Assembly (NCBI RefSeq): GCF_009914755.1
Contig: NC_060945.1
Length of the DNA stretch: 64,000 bases
Strand: one strand, 5' to 3'
DNA from: the human T2T-CHM13v2.0 reference genome, Homo sapiens
Made by a program: the position numbers and the translations under genes
Notes under the pieces: generated by a model
The model's database searches: none
What the model saw: only the letters and a program-made list of their open reading frames with translations
What the model was told of the DNA's origin: nothing
In this document: piece after piece, positions 15,701 through 28,900 of the stretch
Layout of the letters: each line of letters opens with the position of its first letter
Position numbering within the stretch: position 1 is the first letter of the stretch

Positions 15701-16900
15701 GGGGCATAGTGACATATCTCTGCACTGATCACTCATGTGATGTAATGCTTGTCTAAGGTGCGCCTAAAGGGGAAATGGAACAGATATCTCCACTGACCAC
15801 CCAGGTGAGGTAACAATTTTCTGGGATTGTCTACAGGGGGCTTTGTGACATATATTTGAACAGATCACCCAGGAGATGTGACTCTTGTCTAGGCTCGGCC
15901 TACAGGGGCTTTGTGACATATTTCTGCACTGATCACCTAGGTGATGTAACTATTGTCTGGGCTCCAACTACAGGAGGTATTGTGACGTATCTCTGCACTG
16001 ATCACACAGGTGATGTAACTCTTGTCTAGGCTCCACCTACAGGGTGTATTGAGACGTATCGCTACACTGATCACCCAGGTGATGTAACATTTATATAGGC
16101 TCTGCCTACTGGGGCGTTTTGACATAGCTCTGCACAGATCACATAGGTTATGTAACTCTTGTCCACTCTCTGCCTACAGGAGGCATTGTGAAATATCTCT
16201 GCACTGATCACCCAGGTGATGGGACTTTTCTCTATACTCTGCCTAGAGGTGGATTTGTGACATATCTCTGCACTGATCACCCAGGTGATGGAAGTCTTCC
16301 CTAGGCTCTGTCTATGGGGGCATTGTATCAAATATCTGCACTGATCCCCCAGGTGTTGTAACTCTTGTCTAGGCTCTGTCTACAGGGATTTTTGTGACAT
16401 ATCACTGCACTCATCACCTAGGTGATGTAAGCCTTGTATGGGCTTTGCCTACAGAAGGCTTTGTGACATATCTATGAACTGACCTCTGAGGTGATGCAAC
16501 TCTTGTCTAGGCACTGCCTACAGGGGACATTGGTACATCTCTCTGCACTGATCACCCAGGTGATGGACTCTTGTCTTATATCTGCCTACATGGACATTGT
16601 GGCACATCTCTGAACAGATCGAGCAAGTGATGAAACTCTTGTCTAGGCTCTGCCTATGGGGGCTTTGAGTACACATCTCTGTACTGATCACCCTGGGGAG
16701 GGAACTCTTGTCTACTCTCTGCCTACAAGAGGCTTTACGAATTATACCTGCTCTGGTAACCTAGGTGATGTAACACTTGTCTAGGCTCTGTCTACACGGG
16801 AATTCTCACATGTCTCTGCAATGATCACCCGGGTGATGGAACTCCTGTCTAGGTTCAGCCTACAGGAGGGTTTTGACATATCTCTGCACTGATCACCCAG
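6759..16900. repeat. Beta satellite, diverged block with long-range (~5-6 kb) ancestral monomer order
   Basis: 68-bp monomers. Diagnostic monomers recur, e.g. tatatctgcctactggcggcattgtggcatat at ~2071, ~9741 and ~15621, and gatctgcctaaagg(g/c)actttgtgacataact-like at ~499, ~8181 and ~13914. Confidence 0.93.
10375..12020. repeat. Three near-identical tandem copies of a 548-bp (8-monomer) beta-satellite unit
   Basis: Marker tctgacctgatcaaccaagtgatgaaactcttgcctagg at 10801, 11349 and 11897 (spacing 548). Confidence 0.9.
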
Positions 16901-19900
16901 GTGACATAACTCTTCTCTACGATCTGCCTACAGGGTGCTTTGTGACATATCCCTGCACTGATCACCCAGGTGATCTAACACTGGTCTAAGCTCTGCCTAA
17001 AGGGGCATTGTGACAGATCTCTGCACTGATCACTCAGGTGATGTAACTATTGTCTAGGCTCTGCTTAAAGAGGCCTTGTCACATATCTCTGCACTGGTCA
17101 CCCAGGTGATGTAACTCTTGTCTAGGCTCTGCTTCCAGGGCATATTGTGACATATCTATGCACTGATCACCTTAGTGATGTAACCCTTGTGTACGCTCGG
17201 CCTACAGGGGAATCTTGACCTATCTCTGCACTGTTAACCGAGGTGATTTAACTCTTGTCTAGGCTGTGCCCACAGGGGGATTGAGACATATCTCTGCACT
17301 GATCCCGAAGTGATCCAACTCTTGCCTGGTCTCTGCCTACTAGGGACATTGTGACATATCTCTGCACTGATCTCCCAGGTGCTGTAACTTTAGTCTAGGC
17401 TCTGGCTACACGGCATTGTGACATATCTCTGCACTGATCACCCACGTCATGTAACTCTTGCCTAGGCTCTGTCTACAATGGTCTTGTGACATATCTCTGC
17501 ACTGATCACCCAGGTGATATAACTGTTCTCTAGCATCTGACCACAGGGTGTTTTGTGACTTATCCCTGCAATGATCACCCAGGTGATATACCACTTGCCA
17601 AGGCTCTGCCTACAGGGGCATTGCAATGTATCTCTGCACTGATCACCTAGGTCTTGTAACTCTTTTCTAGGATCTGCCTACAGGGTGCTTTGTGACGTAT
17701 CCCAGCAAGGATTACCCAGGTGCTGTACCTCTCATCAAGGCTCTGCCTTCAGGCACATTGCGATGTATCTCTGCACTGATCACCTAGGTCATGTAACTTT
17801 TGTCTACGCTCTGCCTACGATGGCATTGTGACATATCTCTGAACTAATCATCCAAGTGATGTAACCCTTGTCTAGGATATGCCTAAATTAACTTTGTGAC
17901 ATAACCCTGTAGTGATCATCCAGGTGATGGGGCTTCTGTCTAGGCTCTGCCTAAGGGGGCATTGTGACATATTTCTGCATTGATCACCCAGGTGGCGAAC
18001 TCTTCTCTTGGATCTGCCTATGGGGGCATTGTGACAAATCTCTGCATTGATCAAACAGGTGATGTAACTGTTGTGTAACCTCTGCCTACAGGGGAATTGG
18101 GAGAGATCTCGCCACTGATCACCCAAGTGATGTAACCATTGTCTAGGCTTTGCGTACAGGGTGCTTTGTGACATACCTTTGCACTGATCACCCAGGTGAT
18201 GTAACACACCTAAGTTCGGCCTAAAGGAGCTTTGTGACATATCTCTGCACTGATCACTTAGGGGATGTAACACTTTTATAAGCACTGCCTACAGGGAATT
18301 TTGACGAATCTCTGCACTGATCACCTAGGTGATGTAACTCTTGTCTACCCTCTGTCCAACGGGGCATTGTGAAATATCTCTGCACTGATCACCCAGGTGA
18401 TTCAACTCTTGACTAGGATCTGCCTACAGAGGTTATTGTGAAATATCTCTACACTGATAAACTAAGTGGTGTAACCCTTGTCCAAGCTCTGCCTACAGGG
18501 GCGTTTTCACATATCCCTGAACTGATGACAAAGGTGATGTAACTTTGCCTAGGCTTTGCTTACAGGGGACATTGGACATATATCTGCACTGATCACCCAG
18601 GTGATGCAACTCTTGCCTAGGCTTTGCCTACAGGGGACATTGTGACATATCTCTTCAATGATCACCCATGTGATGCAACTCTTGCCTAGGCTTTGCCTAC
18701 AGGGGACATTGTGACATATCTCTGCACTGATCTCCCAGGGGCTGTAACTTTATTCTAGGCTCTGGCTACACGGCATTGTGACATATCACTGCTCTGATCA
18801 ACCAGGTGATATAACCCTTGTCTAGGCTCTGCCTCCAGGGGGCTTGTGACACATCTCTGCACTGATCACCTAGCTGTTATAACTCTTCTCTAGGATCTGC
18901 CTACATGGTGCTTTGTGACATATCCCTGCACTCATCACCCAGGTGATCTAACACTGGTCTAAGCTCTGCCTAAAGGGGCATTGTGACAGATCTCTGCACT
19001 GATCACTCAGGTGATGTAACTATTGTCTAGGCTCTGCTTAAAGAGGCCTTGTCACATATCTCTGCACTGGTCAACCAGGTGATGTAACTGTTGTCTAGGC
19101 TCTGCTTCCAGGGCATATTGTGACATATCTATGCACTGATCACCTTAGTGATGTAACCCTTGTGTAGGCTCGGCCTACAGGGGAATCTTGACCTATCTCT
19201 GCACTGTTAACCGAGGTGATTTAACTCTTGTCTAGGCTGTGCCCTCAGGGGGATTGAGACATATCTCTGCACTGATCCCTAAGTGATCCAACTATTGCCT
19301 GGTCTCTGCCTACTAGTGATATTAAGACATACCTCTGCACTGATCTCCCAGGTGCTGCAACATTAGTCTAGGCTCTGGCTACACGGCATTGTGACATATC
19401 TCTGCACTGATCACCCACGTGATGTAACTCTTGCCTAGGCTCTGCCTACAATGGTCTTGTGACATATCTCTGCACTGATCACCCAGGTGATATAACTGTT
19501 CTCTAGGATCTGACCACAGGGTGCTTTGTGACATATCCCTGCAATGATCACCCAGGTGATATAACTGTTCTCTAGGATCTGACCACAGGGTGTTTTGTGA
19601 CTTATCCCTGCAATGATCACCCAGGTGATATACCACTTGCCAAGGCTCTGCCTACAGGGGCATTGCAATGTATCTCTGCACTGATCACCTAGGTCTTGTA
19701 ACTCTTTTCTAGGATCTGCCTACAGGGTGCTTTGTGACGTATCCCAGCAAGGATTACCAAGGTGCTGTACCTCTCATCAAGGCTCTGCCTGCAGGCACAT
19801 TGCGATGTATCTCTGCACTGATCACCTAGGTCATGTAACTTTTGTCTACGCTCTGCCTACGATGGCATTGTGACATATCTCTGCACTAATCATCCAATGA

Positions 19901-22900
19901 TGTAACTCTTGTCTAGGATCTGCCTAAATTAACTTTGTGACATAACCCTGTAGTGATCATCCAGGTGATGGGGCTTTTGTCTAGGCTCTGCCTAAGGGGG
20001 CATTGTGACATATTTCTGCATTGATCACCCAGGTGGCGAACTCTTCTCTTGGATCTGCCTATGGGGGCATTGTGACAAATCTCTGCACTGATCACCCAGG
20101 TGATGTAACTGTTGTGTAACCTCTGCCTACAGGGGAATTGGGAGAGATCTCGCCACTGATCACCCAAGTGATGTAACCATTGTCTAGGCTTTGCGTACAG
20201 GGTGCTTTGTGACATACCTTTGCACTGATCACCCAGGTGATGTAACACACCTAAGTTCGGCCTAAAGGAGCTTTGTGACATATCTCTGCACTGATCACTT
20301 AGGTGATGTAACACTTTTATAAGCACTGCCTACAGGGAATTTTGACGAATCTCTGCACTGATCACCTAGGTGATGTAACTCTTGTCTAGCCTCTGTCCAA
20401 CGGGGCATTGTGAAATATCTCTGCACTGATCACCCAGGTGATTCAACTCTTGACTAGGATCTGCCTACAGAGGTTATTGTGAAATATCTCTGCACTGATA
20501 AACTAAGTGGTGTAACCCTTGTCCAAGCTCTGCCTACAGGGGCGTTTTCACATATCCCTGAACTGATGACAAAGGTGATGTAACTTTGCCTAGGCTTTGC
20601 CTACAGGGGACATTGGACATATCTCTGCACTGATCACCCAGGTGATGCAACTCTTGCCTAGGTTTTGCCTACAGGGGACATTGTGACATATCTCTTCAAT
20701 GATCACCCATGTGATGCAAATCTTGCCTAGGCTTTGCCTACAGGGGACATGGTGACGTATCTCTGTACTGATCAACCAGGTGATATAACTCTTTTCTAGG
20801 CTCTGCCTCCAGGGGGCTTGTGACATATCTCTGCACTGATCACCCAGGTGATATAACTCTTCACTAGGATCTCACTACAGGGTGCTTTGTGATATATCTC
20901 TGCACTTATCACCCACGAGATATAACTCTTGCCTAGGCTCTGCCTACAATGGTCTTGTGACATATCTCTGCACTGATCACCCAGGTGATATAACTGTTCT
21001 CTAGGATCTGACCACAGGGTGCTTTGTGACATATCCCTGCAATGATCACCCAGGTGATATAACTGTTCTCTAGGATCTGACCACAGGGTGTTTTGTGACT
21101 TATCCCTGCAATGATCACCCAGGTGATATACCACTTGCCCAGGCTCTGCCTACAGGGGCATTGCAATGTATCTCTGCACTGATCACCTAGGTCTTGTAAC
21201 TATTTTCTAGGATCTGCCTACAGGGTGCTTTGTGACGTATCCCAGCAAGGATTACCCAGGTGCCGTAACTCTCATCAAGGCTCTGCCTGCAGGCACATTA
21301 CGATGTATCTCTGCACTGATCACCTAGGTCATGTAACTTTTGTCTACGCTCTGCCTACGATGGCATTGTGACATATCTCTGCACTAATCATCCAATGATG
21401 TAACACTTGTATAGGATCTGCCTAAATTAACTTTGTGACATAACCCTGTAGTGATCATCCAGGTGATGGGGCTTTTGTCTAGACTCTGCCTAAGGGGGCA
21501 TTGTGACATATTTCTGCATTGATCCCCCAGGTGGCGAACTATTCTCTTGGATCTGCCTATGGGGGCATTGTGACAAATCTCTGCACTGATCACCCAGGTG
21601 ATGTAACTGTTGTGTATCCTCTGCCTACAGGGGAATTGTGAGAGATCTCGCCACTGATCACCCAAGTGATGTAATCATTGTCTAGGCTTTGCGTACAGGG
21701 TGCTTTGTGACATACCTTTGCACTGATCACCCAGGTGATGTAACACACCTAAGTTCGGCCTAAAGGAGCTTTGTGACATATCTCTGCACTGATCACTTAT
21801 GTGATGTAACACTTTTATAAGCACTGCCTACAGGGAATTTTGACGAATCTCTGCACTGATCACCTAGGTGATGTAACTCTTGTCTACCCTCTGTCCAACG
21901 GGGCATTGTGAAATATCTCTGCAGTGATCACCCAGGTGATTCAACTCTTGACTAGGATCTGCCTACAGAGGTTATTGTGAAATATCTCTGCACTGATAAA
22001 CTAAGTGTTGTAACCCTTGTCCAAGCTCTGCCTACAGGGGCGTTTTCACATATCCCTGAACTGATGACAAAGGTGATGTAACTTTGCCTAGGCTTTGCCT
22101 ACAGGGGACATTGGACATATCTCTGCACTGATCACCCAGGTGATGCAACTCTTGCCTAGGCTTTGCCTACAGGGGACATTGTGACATATCTCTTCAATGA
22201 TCACCCATGTGATGCAACTCTTGCCTAGGCTTTGCCTACAGGGGACATGGTGACATATCTCTGCACTGATCAACCAGGTGATATAACTCTTTTCTAGGCT
22301 CTGCCTCCAGGGGGCTTGTGACATATCTCTGCACTGATCACCCAGGTGATATAACTCTTCTCTAGGATCTGACTACAGGGTGCTTTGTGATATATCTCTG
22401 CACTTATCACCCACGAGATATAACTCTTGCCTAGGCTCTGCCTAAAATGGGCTTGTGACATATCTCTGCACTGATCACCCAGGTGATATAACTGTTCTCT
22501 AGGATCTGACCACAGGGTGCTTTGTGACATATCCCTGCAATGATCACCCAGGTGATATAACTGTTCTCTAGGATCTGACCACAGGGTGTTTTGTGACTTA
22601 TCCCTGCAATGATCACCCAGGTGGTATACCACCTGCCAAGGCTCTGCCTACAGGGGCATTGCAATGTATCTCTGCACTGATCACCTAGGTCTTGTAACTC
22701 TTTTCTAGGATCTGCCTACAGGGTGCTTTGTGACGTATCCCAGCAAGGATTACCCAGGTGCTGTACCTCTCATCAAGGCTCTGCCTGCAGGCACATTGCG
22801 ATGTATCTCTGCACTGATCACCTAGGTCATGTAACTTTTGTCTAGGCTCTGCCTACGATGGCATTGTGACATATCTCTGCACTAATCATCCAAGTGTTGT

Positions 22901-25900
22901 AACTCTTGTCTAGGATCTGCTTAAATTAACTTTGTGACATAACCCTGTAGTGATCATCCAGGTGATGGGGCTTTTGTCTAGGCTCTGCCTAAGGGGGCAT
23001 TGTGACATATTTCTGCATTGATCACCCAGGTGGCGAACTCTTCTCTTGGATCTGCCTATGGGGGCATTGTGACAAATCTCTGCACTGATCACCCAGGTGA
23101 TGTAACGGTTGTGTAACCTCTGCCTACAGGGGAATTGTGAGAGATCTCGCCACTGATCACCCAAGTGATGTAACCATTGTCTAGGCTTTGCGTACAGGGT
23201 GCTTTGTGACATACCTTTGCACTGATCACCCAGGTGATGTAACATATCTACGTTCGGCCTAAAGGAGCTTTGTGACATATCTCTGCACTGATCACTTAGG
23301 TGATGCAACTCTTTCCTAGACTTTGCCTACAGGGGACATTGTGACATAATTCTTCAATGATCACCCATGTGATGCAACTCTTGCCTAGGCTTTGCCTACA
23401 GGGGAAATTGTGACATATCTCTGCACTTATCTCCCAGGGGCTGTAACTTTAGTCTAGGCTCTGGCTACACGGCATTGTGACATATCACTGCACTGATCAA
23501 CCAGGTGATATAACTCTTCTCTAGGCTCTACCTCCAGGGGGCTTGTGACATATCTCTGCACTGATCACCCAGGTGATATAACTCTTCTCTAGGATCTGCC
23601 TACAGGGTGCTTTGTGACATATCCCTGCACTGATCACCCAGGTAATCTAACACTGTTCTAAGCTCTGCCTAAAGGGGCATTGTGACAGATCTCAGCACTG
23701 ATCACTCTGGTGATGTAACTGTTGTCTAGGCTCTGCTTAAAGAGGCCTTGTCACATATCTCTGCACTGGTCACCCAGGTGATGTAACTCTTGTCTAGGCT
23801 CTGCTTCCAGGGCATATTGTGACATATCTATGCACTGATCACCTTACTGATGGAACCCTTGTGTAGGCTCGGCCTACAGGGGAATCTTGACCTATCTCTG
23901 CACTGTTAACCGAGGTGAATTAACTCTTGTCTAGGCTGTGCCCACAGGGGGATTGAGATATATCTCTGCACTGATACCGAAGTGATCCAACTTTTGCCTG
24001 GTCTCTGCCTACTAGGGACATTGTGACATATCTCTGCACTGATCTCCCAGGTGCTGTAACTTTAGTCTCGGCTCTGGCTACACGGCATTGTGACATATCT
24101 CTGCACTGATCACCCACGTGATGTAACACTTGCCTAGGCTCTGCCTACAATGGTCTTGTGACATATCTCTGCACTGATCACCCAGGTGATATAACTGTTC
24201 TCTAGGATCTCACCACAGGCTGCTTTGTGACATATCCCTGCAATGATCACCCAGGTGATGTAACTCTTCTCTAGGATCTGACCACAGGGTGTTTTGTGAC
24301 TTATCCCTGCAATGATCACCCAGCTGATATACCACTTGCCAAGGCTCTGCCTACAGGGGCATTGCAATGTATCTCTGCACTGATCACCTAGGTCTTGTAA
24401 CTCTTTTCTAGGATCTGCCTACAGGGTGCTTTGTGACGTATCCCAGCAAGGATTACCCAGGTGCTGTACCTCTCATCAAGGCTCTGCCTGCAGGCACATT
24501 GCGATGTATCTCTGCACTGATCACCTAGGTCATGTAACTTTTGTCTACGCTCTGCCTACGATGGCATTGTGACATATCTCTTCACTAATCATCCAAGTGA
24601 TGTAACTCTTGTCTAGGATCTGCCTAAATTAATTTTGTGACATAACCCTGTAGTGATCATCCAGGTGATGTGTCTTTTGTCTAGGCTCTGCCTAAAGGGG
24701 CATTGTGACATATTTCTGCATTGATCACCCAGGTGGCGAACTCTTCTCTTGGATCTGCCTATGGGGGCATTGTGACAAATCTCTGCACTGATCACCCAGG
24801 TGATGTAACAGTTGTGTAACCTCTGCCTACAGGGGAATTGTGAGAGATCTCGCCACTGATCACCCAAGTGATGTAGCCATTGTCTAGGCTTTGCGTACAG
24901 GGTGCTTTGTGACATACCTTTGCACTGATCACCCAGGTGATGTAACACATCTAAGTTCGGCCTAAAGGAGCTTTGTGACATATCTCTGCACTGATCACTT
25001 AGGGGATGTAACACTTTTATAAGCACTGCCTACAGGGAATTTTGACGAATCTCTGCACTGATCACCTAGGTGATGTAACTCTTGTCTACCCTCTGTCCAA
25101 CGGGGCATTGTGAAATATCTCTGCACTGATCACCCAGGTGATTCAACTCTTGACTAGGATCTGCCTACAGAGGTTATTGTGAAATATCTCTGCACTGATA
25201 AACTAAGTGGTGTAACACTTGTCCAAGCTCTGCCTACAGGGGCGTTTTCACATATCCCTGAAGTGATGACAAAGGTGATGTAACTTTGCCTAGGCTTTGC
25301 CTACAGGGGACATTGGACATATATCTGCACTGATCACCCAGGTGATGCAACTCTTGCCCAGGCTTTGCCTACAGGGGACATTGTGACATATCTCTTCAAT
25401 GATCACCCATGTGATGCAACTCTTGCCTAGGCTTTGCCCACAGGGGACATTGTGACATATTTCTGCACTGATCTCCCAGGGGCTGTAACTTTAGTCTAGG
25501 CTCTGGCTACACGGCATTGTGACATATCACTGCACTGATCAACCAGGTGATATAACTCTTGTCTAGGCTCTGCCTCCAGGGGGCTTGTGACATATCTCTG
25601 CACTGATCACCCAGGTGATATAACTCTTCTCTAGGATCTGCCTGCAGGGTGCTTTGTGACATATCCCTGCACTGATCACCCAGGTGATCTAACACTGGTC
25701 TAAGCTCTGCCTAAAGGGGCATTGTGACAGATCTCTGCACTGATCACTCTGGTGATGTAACTGTTGTCTAGGCTGTGCTTAAAGAGGCCTTGTCACATAT
25801 CTCTGCACTGGTCACCCAGGTGATGTAACTCTTGTCTAGGCTCTGCTTCCAGGGCATATTGTGACATATCTATGCACTGATCACCTTACTGATGTAACCC

Positions 25901-28900
25901 TTGAGTAGGCTCGGCCTACAGGGGAATCTTGACCTATCTCTGCACTGCTAACCGAGGTGATTTCACTCTTGTCTAGGCTGTGCCCACAGGGGGATTGAGA
26001 CATATCTCTGCACTGATCCCGAAGTGATCCAACTCTTGCCTTGCCTCTGCCTACTAGGGACATTGTGACATATCTCTGCACTGATCTCCCAGGTGCTGTA
26101 GCTTTAGTCTAGGCTCTGGCTACACGGCATTGTGACATACCTCTGCACTGATCACCCACGTGATGTAACTCTTGCCTAGGCTCTGCCTACAATGGTCTTG
26201 TGACTTATCTCTGCACTGATCACCCAGGTGATATAACTGTTCTCTAGCATCTGACAACAGGGTGCTTTGTGACATATCCCTGCAATGATCACCCAGGTGA
26301 TATAACTGTTCTCTAGGATCTGACCACAGGGTGTTTTGTGACTTATCCCTGCAATGATCACCCAGGTGATATACCACTTGCCAAGGCTCTGCCTACAGGG
26401 GCATTGCAATGTATCCCTGCACTGATCACCTAGGTCTTGTAACTCTTTTCTAGGATCTGCCTACAGGGTGCTTTGTGACGTATCCCAGCAAGGATTACTC
26501 AGGTGCTGTACCTCTCATCAAGGCTCTGCCTGCAGGCACATTGCGATGTATCTCTGCACTGATCACCTAGGTCATGTAACTTTTGTCTACGCTCTGCCTA
26601 CGATGGCATTGTGACATATCTCTACACTAATCATCCAAGTGATGTAACTCTTGTCTAGGATCTGCCTAAATTAACTTTGTGACATAACCCTGTAGTGATC
26701 ATCCAGGTGATGGGGCTTTTATCTAGGCTCGGCCTAAGGGGGCATTGTGACATATTTCTGCATTGATCACCCAGGTGGCGAACTCTTCTCTTGGATCTGC
26801 CTATGGGGGCATTGTGACAAATCTCTGCACTGATCACCCAGGTGATGTAACTGTTGTGTAACCTCTGCCTACAGGGGAATTGGGAGAGATCTCGCCACTG
26901 ATCACCCAAGTGATGTAACCATTGTCTAGGCTTTGCGTACAGGGGGCTTTGTGACATACCTTTGCACTGATCACCCAGGTGATGTAACACATCTAAGTTC
27001 GGCCTAAAGGAGCTTTGTGATATATCTCTGCACTGCTCACTTAGGTGATTTAACACTTTTATAAGCACTGCCTACAGGGAATTTTGACGAATCTCTGCAC
27101 TAATGACCTAGGTGATGTAACTCTTGTCTACCCTCTGTCCAACGGGGCATTGTGAAATATCTCTGCACTGATCACCCAGGTGATTCAACTCTTGACTAGG
27201 ATCTGCCTACAGAGGTTATTGTGAAATATCTCTGCACTGATAAACTAAGTGGTGTAACCCTTGTCCAAGCTCTGCCTATAGGGGTGTTTTCACATATCCC
27301 TGAAGTGATGACAAAGGTGATGTAACTTTGCCTAGGCTTTGCCTACAGGGGACAATGGACATATATCTGCACTGATCACCCAGGTGATGCAACTCTTGCC
27401 TAGGCTTTGCCTACAGGGGTCATTGTGACATATCTCTTCAAGGATCACCCATGTGATGCAACTCTTGCCTAGGCTTTGCCTACAGGGGACATTGTGACAT
27501 ATCTCTGAACTGATCTCCCAGGGGCTGTAACTTTAGTCTAGGCTCTCGCTACACGGCATTGTGACATATCACTGCACTGATCAACCAGGTGATATAACTC
27601 TTGTCTAGGCTCTGCCTCCAGGGGGCTTGTGACATATCTCTGCACTGATCACCCAGGTGATATAACTCTTCTCTAGGATCTGCCTACAGGGTGCTTTGTG
27701 ACATATCCCTGCACTGATCACCCAGGTGATCTAACACTGGTCTAAGCTCTGCCTAAAGGGGCATTGTGACAGATCTCTGCACTGATCACTGAGATGATGT
27801 AACCGTTGTCTAGGCTCTGCTTAAAGAGGTCTTGTCACATATCTCTGCACTGGTCACCCAGGTGATGTAACTCTTGTCTAGGCTCTGCTTCCAGGGCATA
27901 TTGTGACATATCTATGCACTGATCACCTTAGTGATGTAACCCTTGTGTAGGCTCGGCCTACAGGGGAATCTTGACCTATCTCTGCACTGCTAACCGAGGT
28001 GATTTCACTCTTGTGTAGGCTGTGCCCACAGGGGGATTGAGACATATCTCTGCACTGATCCCGAAGTGATCCAACTCTTGCCTGGTCTCTGCCTACTAGG
28101 GACATTGTGACATATCTCTGCACTGATCTCCCAGGTGCTGTAACTTTAGTCTAGGCTCTGGCTACACGGCATTGTGACATACCTCTGCACTGATCACCCA
28201 CGTGATGTAACTCTTGCCTAGGCTCTGCCTACAATGGTCTTGTGACATATCTCTGCACTGATCACCCAGGTGATATAACTGTTCTCTAGCATCTGACCAC
28301 AGGGTGCTTTGTGACATATCCCTGCAATGATCACCCAGGAGATATAACTGTTCTCTAGGATCTGACCACAGGGTGTTTTTTGACTTCTCCCTGCAATGAT
28401 CACCCAGGTGATATACCACTTGCCAAGGCTCTGCCTACAGGGACATTGCAATGTATCTCTGCACTGATCACCTAGGTCTTGTAACTCTTTTCTAGGATCT
28501 GCCTACAGGGTGCATTGTGACGTATCCCAGCAAGGATTACCCAGGTGCTGTACCTCTCATCAAGGCTCTGCCTGCAGGCACATTGCGATGTATCTCTGCA
28601 CTGATCACCTAGGTCATGTAACTTTTGTCTACGCTCTGCCTACGATGGCATTGTGACATATCTCTGCACTAATCATCCAAGTGATGTAACTCTTGTCTAA
28701 GATCTGCCTAAATTAACTTTGTGACATAACCCTGTAGTAATCATCCAGGTGATGGGGCTTTTGTCTAGGCTCTGCCTAAGGGGGCATTGTGACATATTTC
28801 TGCATTGATCACCCAGGTGGCGAACTCTTCTCTTGGATCTGCCTATGGGGGCATTGTGACAAATCTCTGCACTGATCACCCAAGTGATGTAACTGTTGTG

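Noticed and set aside
17840-17895. Once-per-HOR TAATCA and TAAATTAA motifs as DUX4 binding sites
   Set aside because: They are half-sites only and do not match the full TAAYBBAATCA double-homeodomain consensus.
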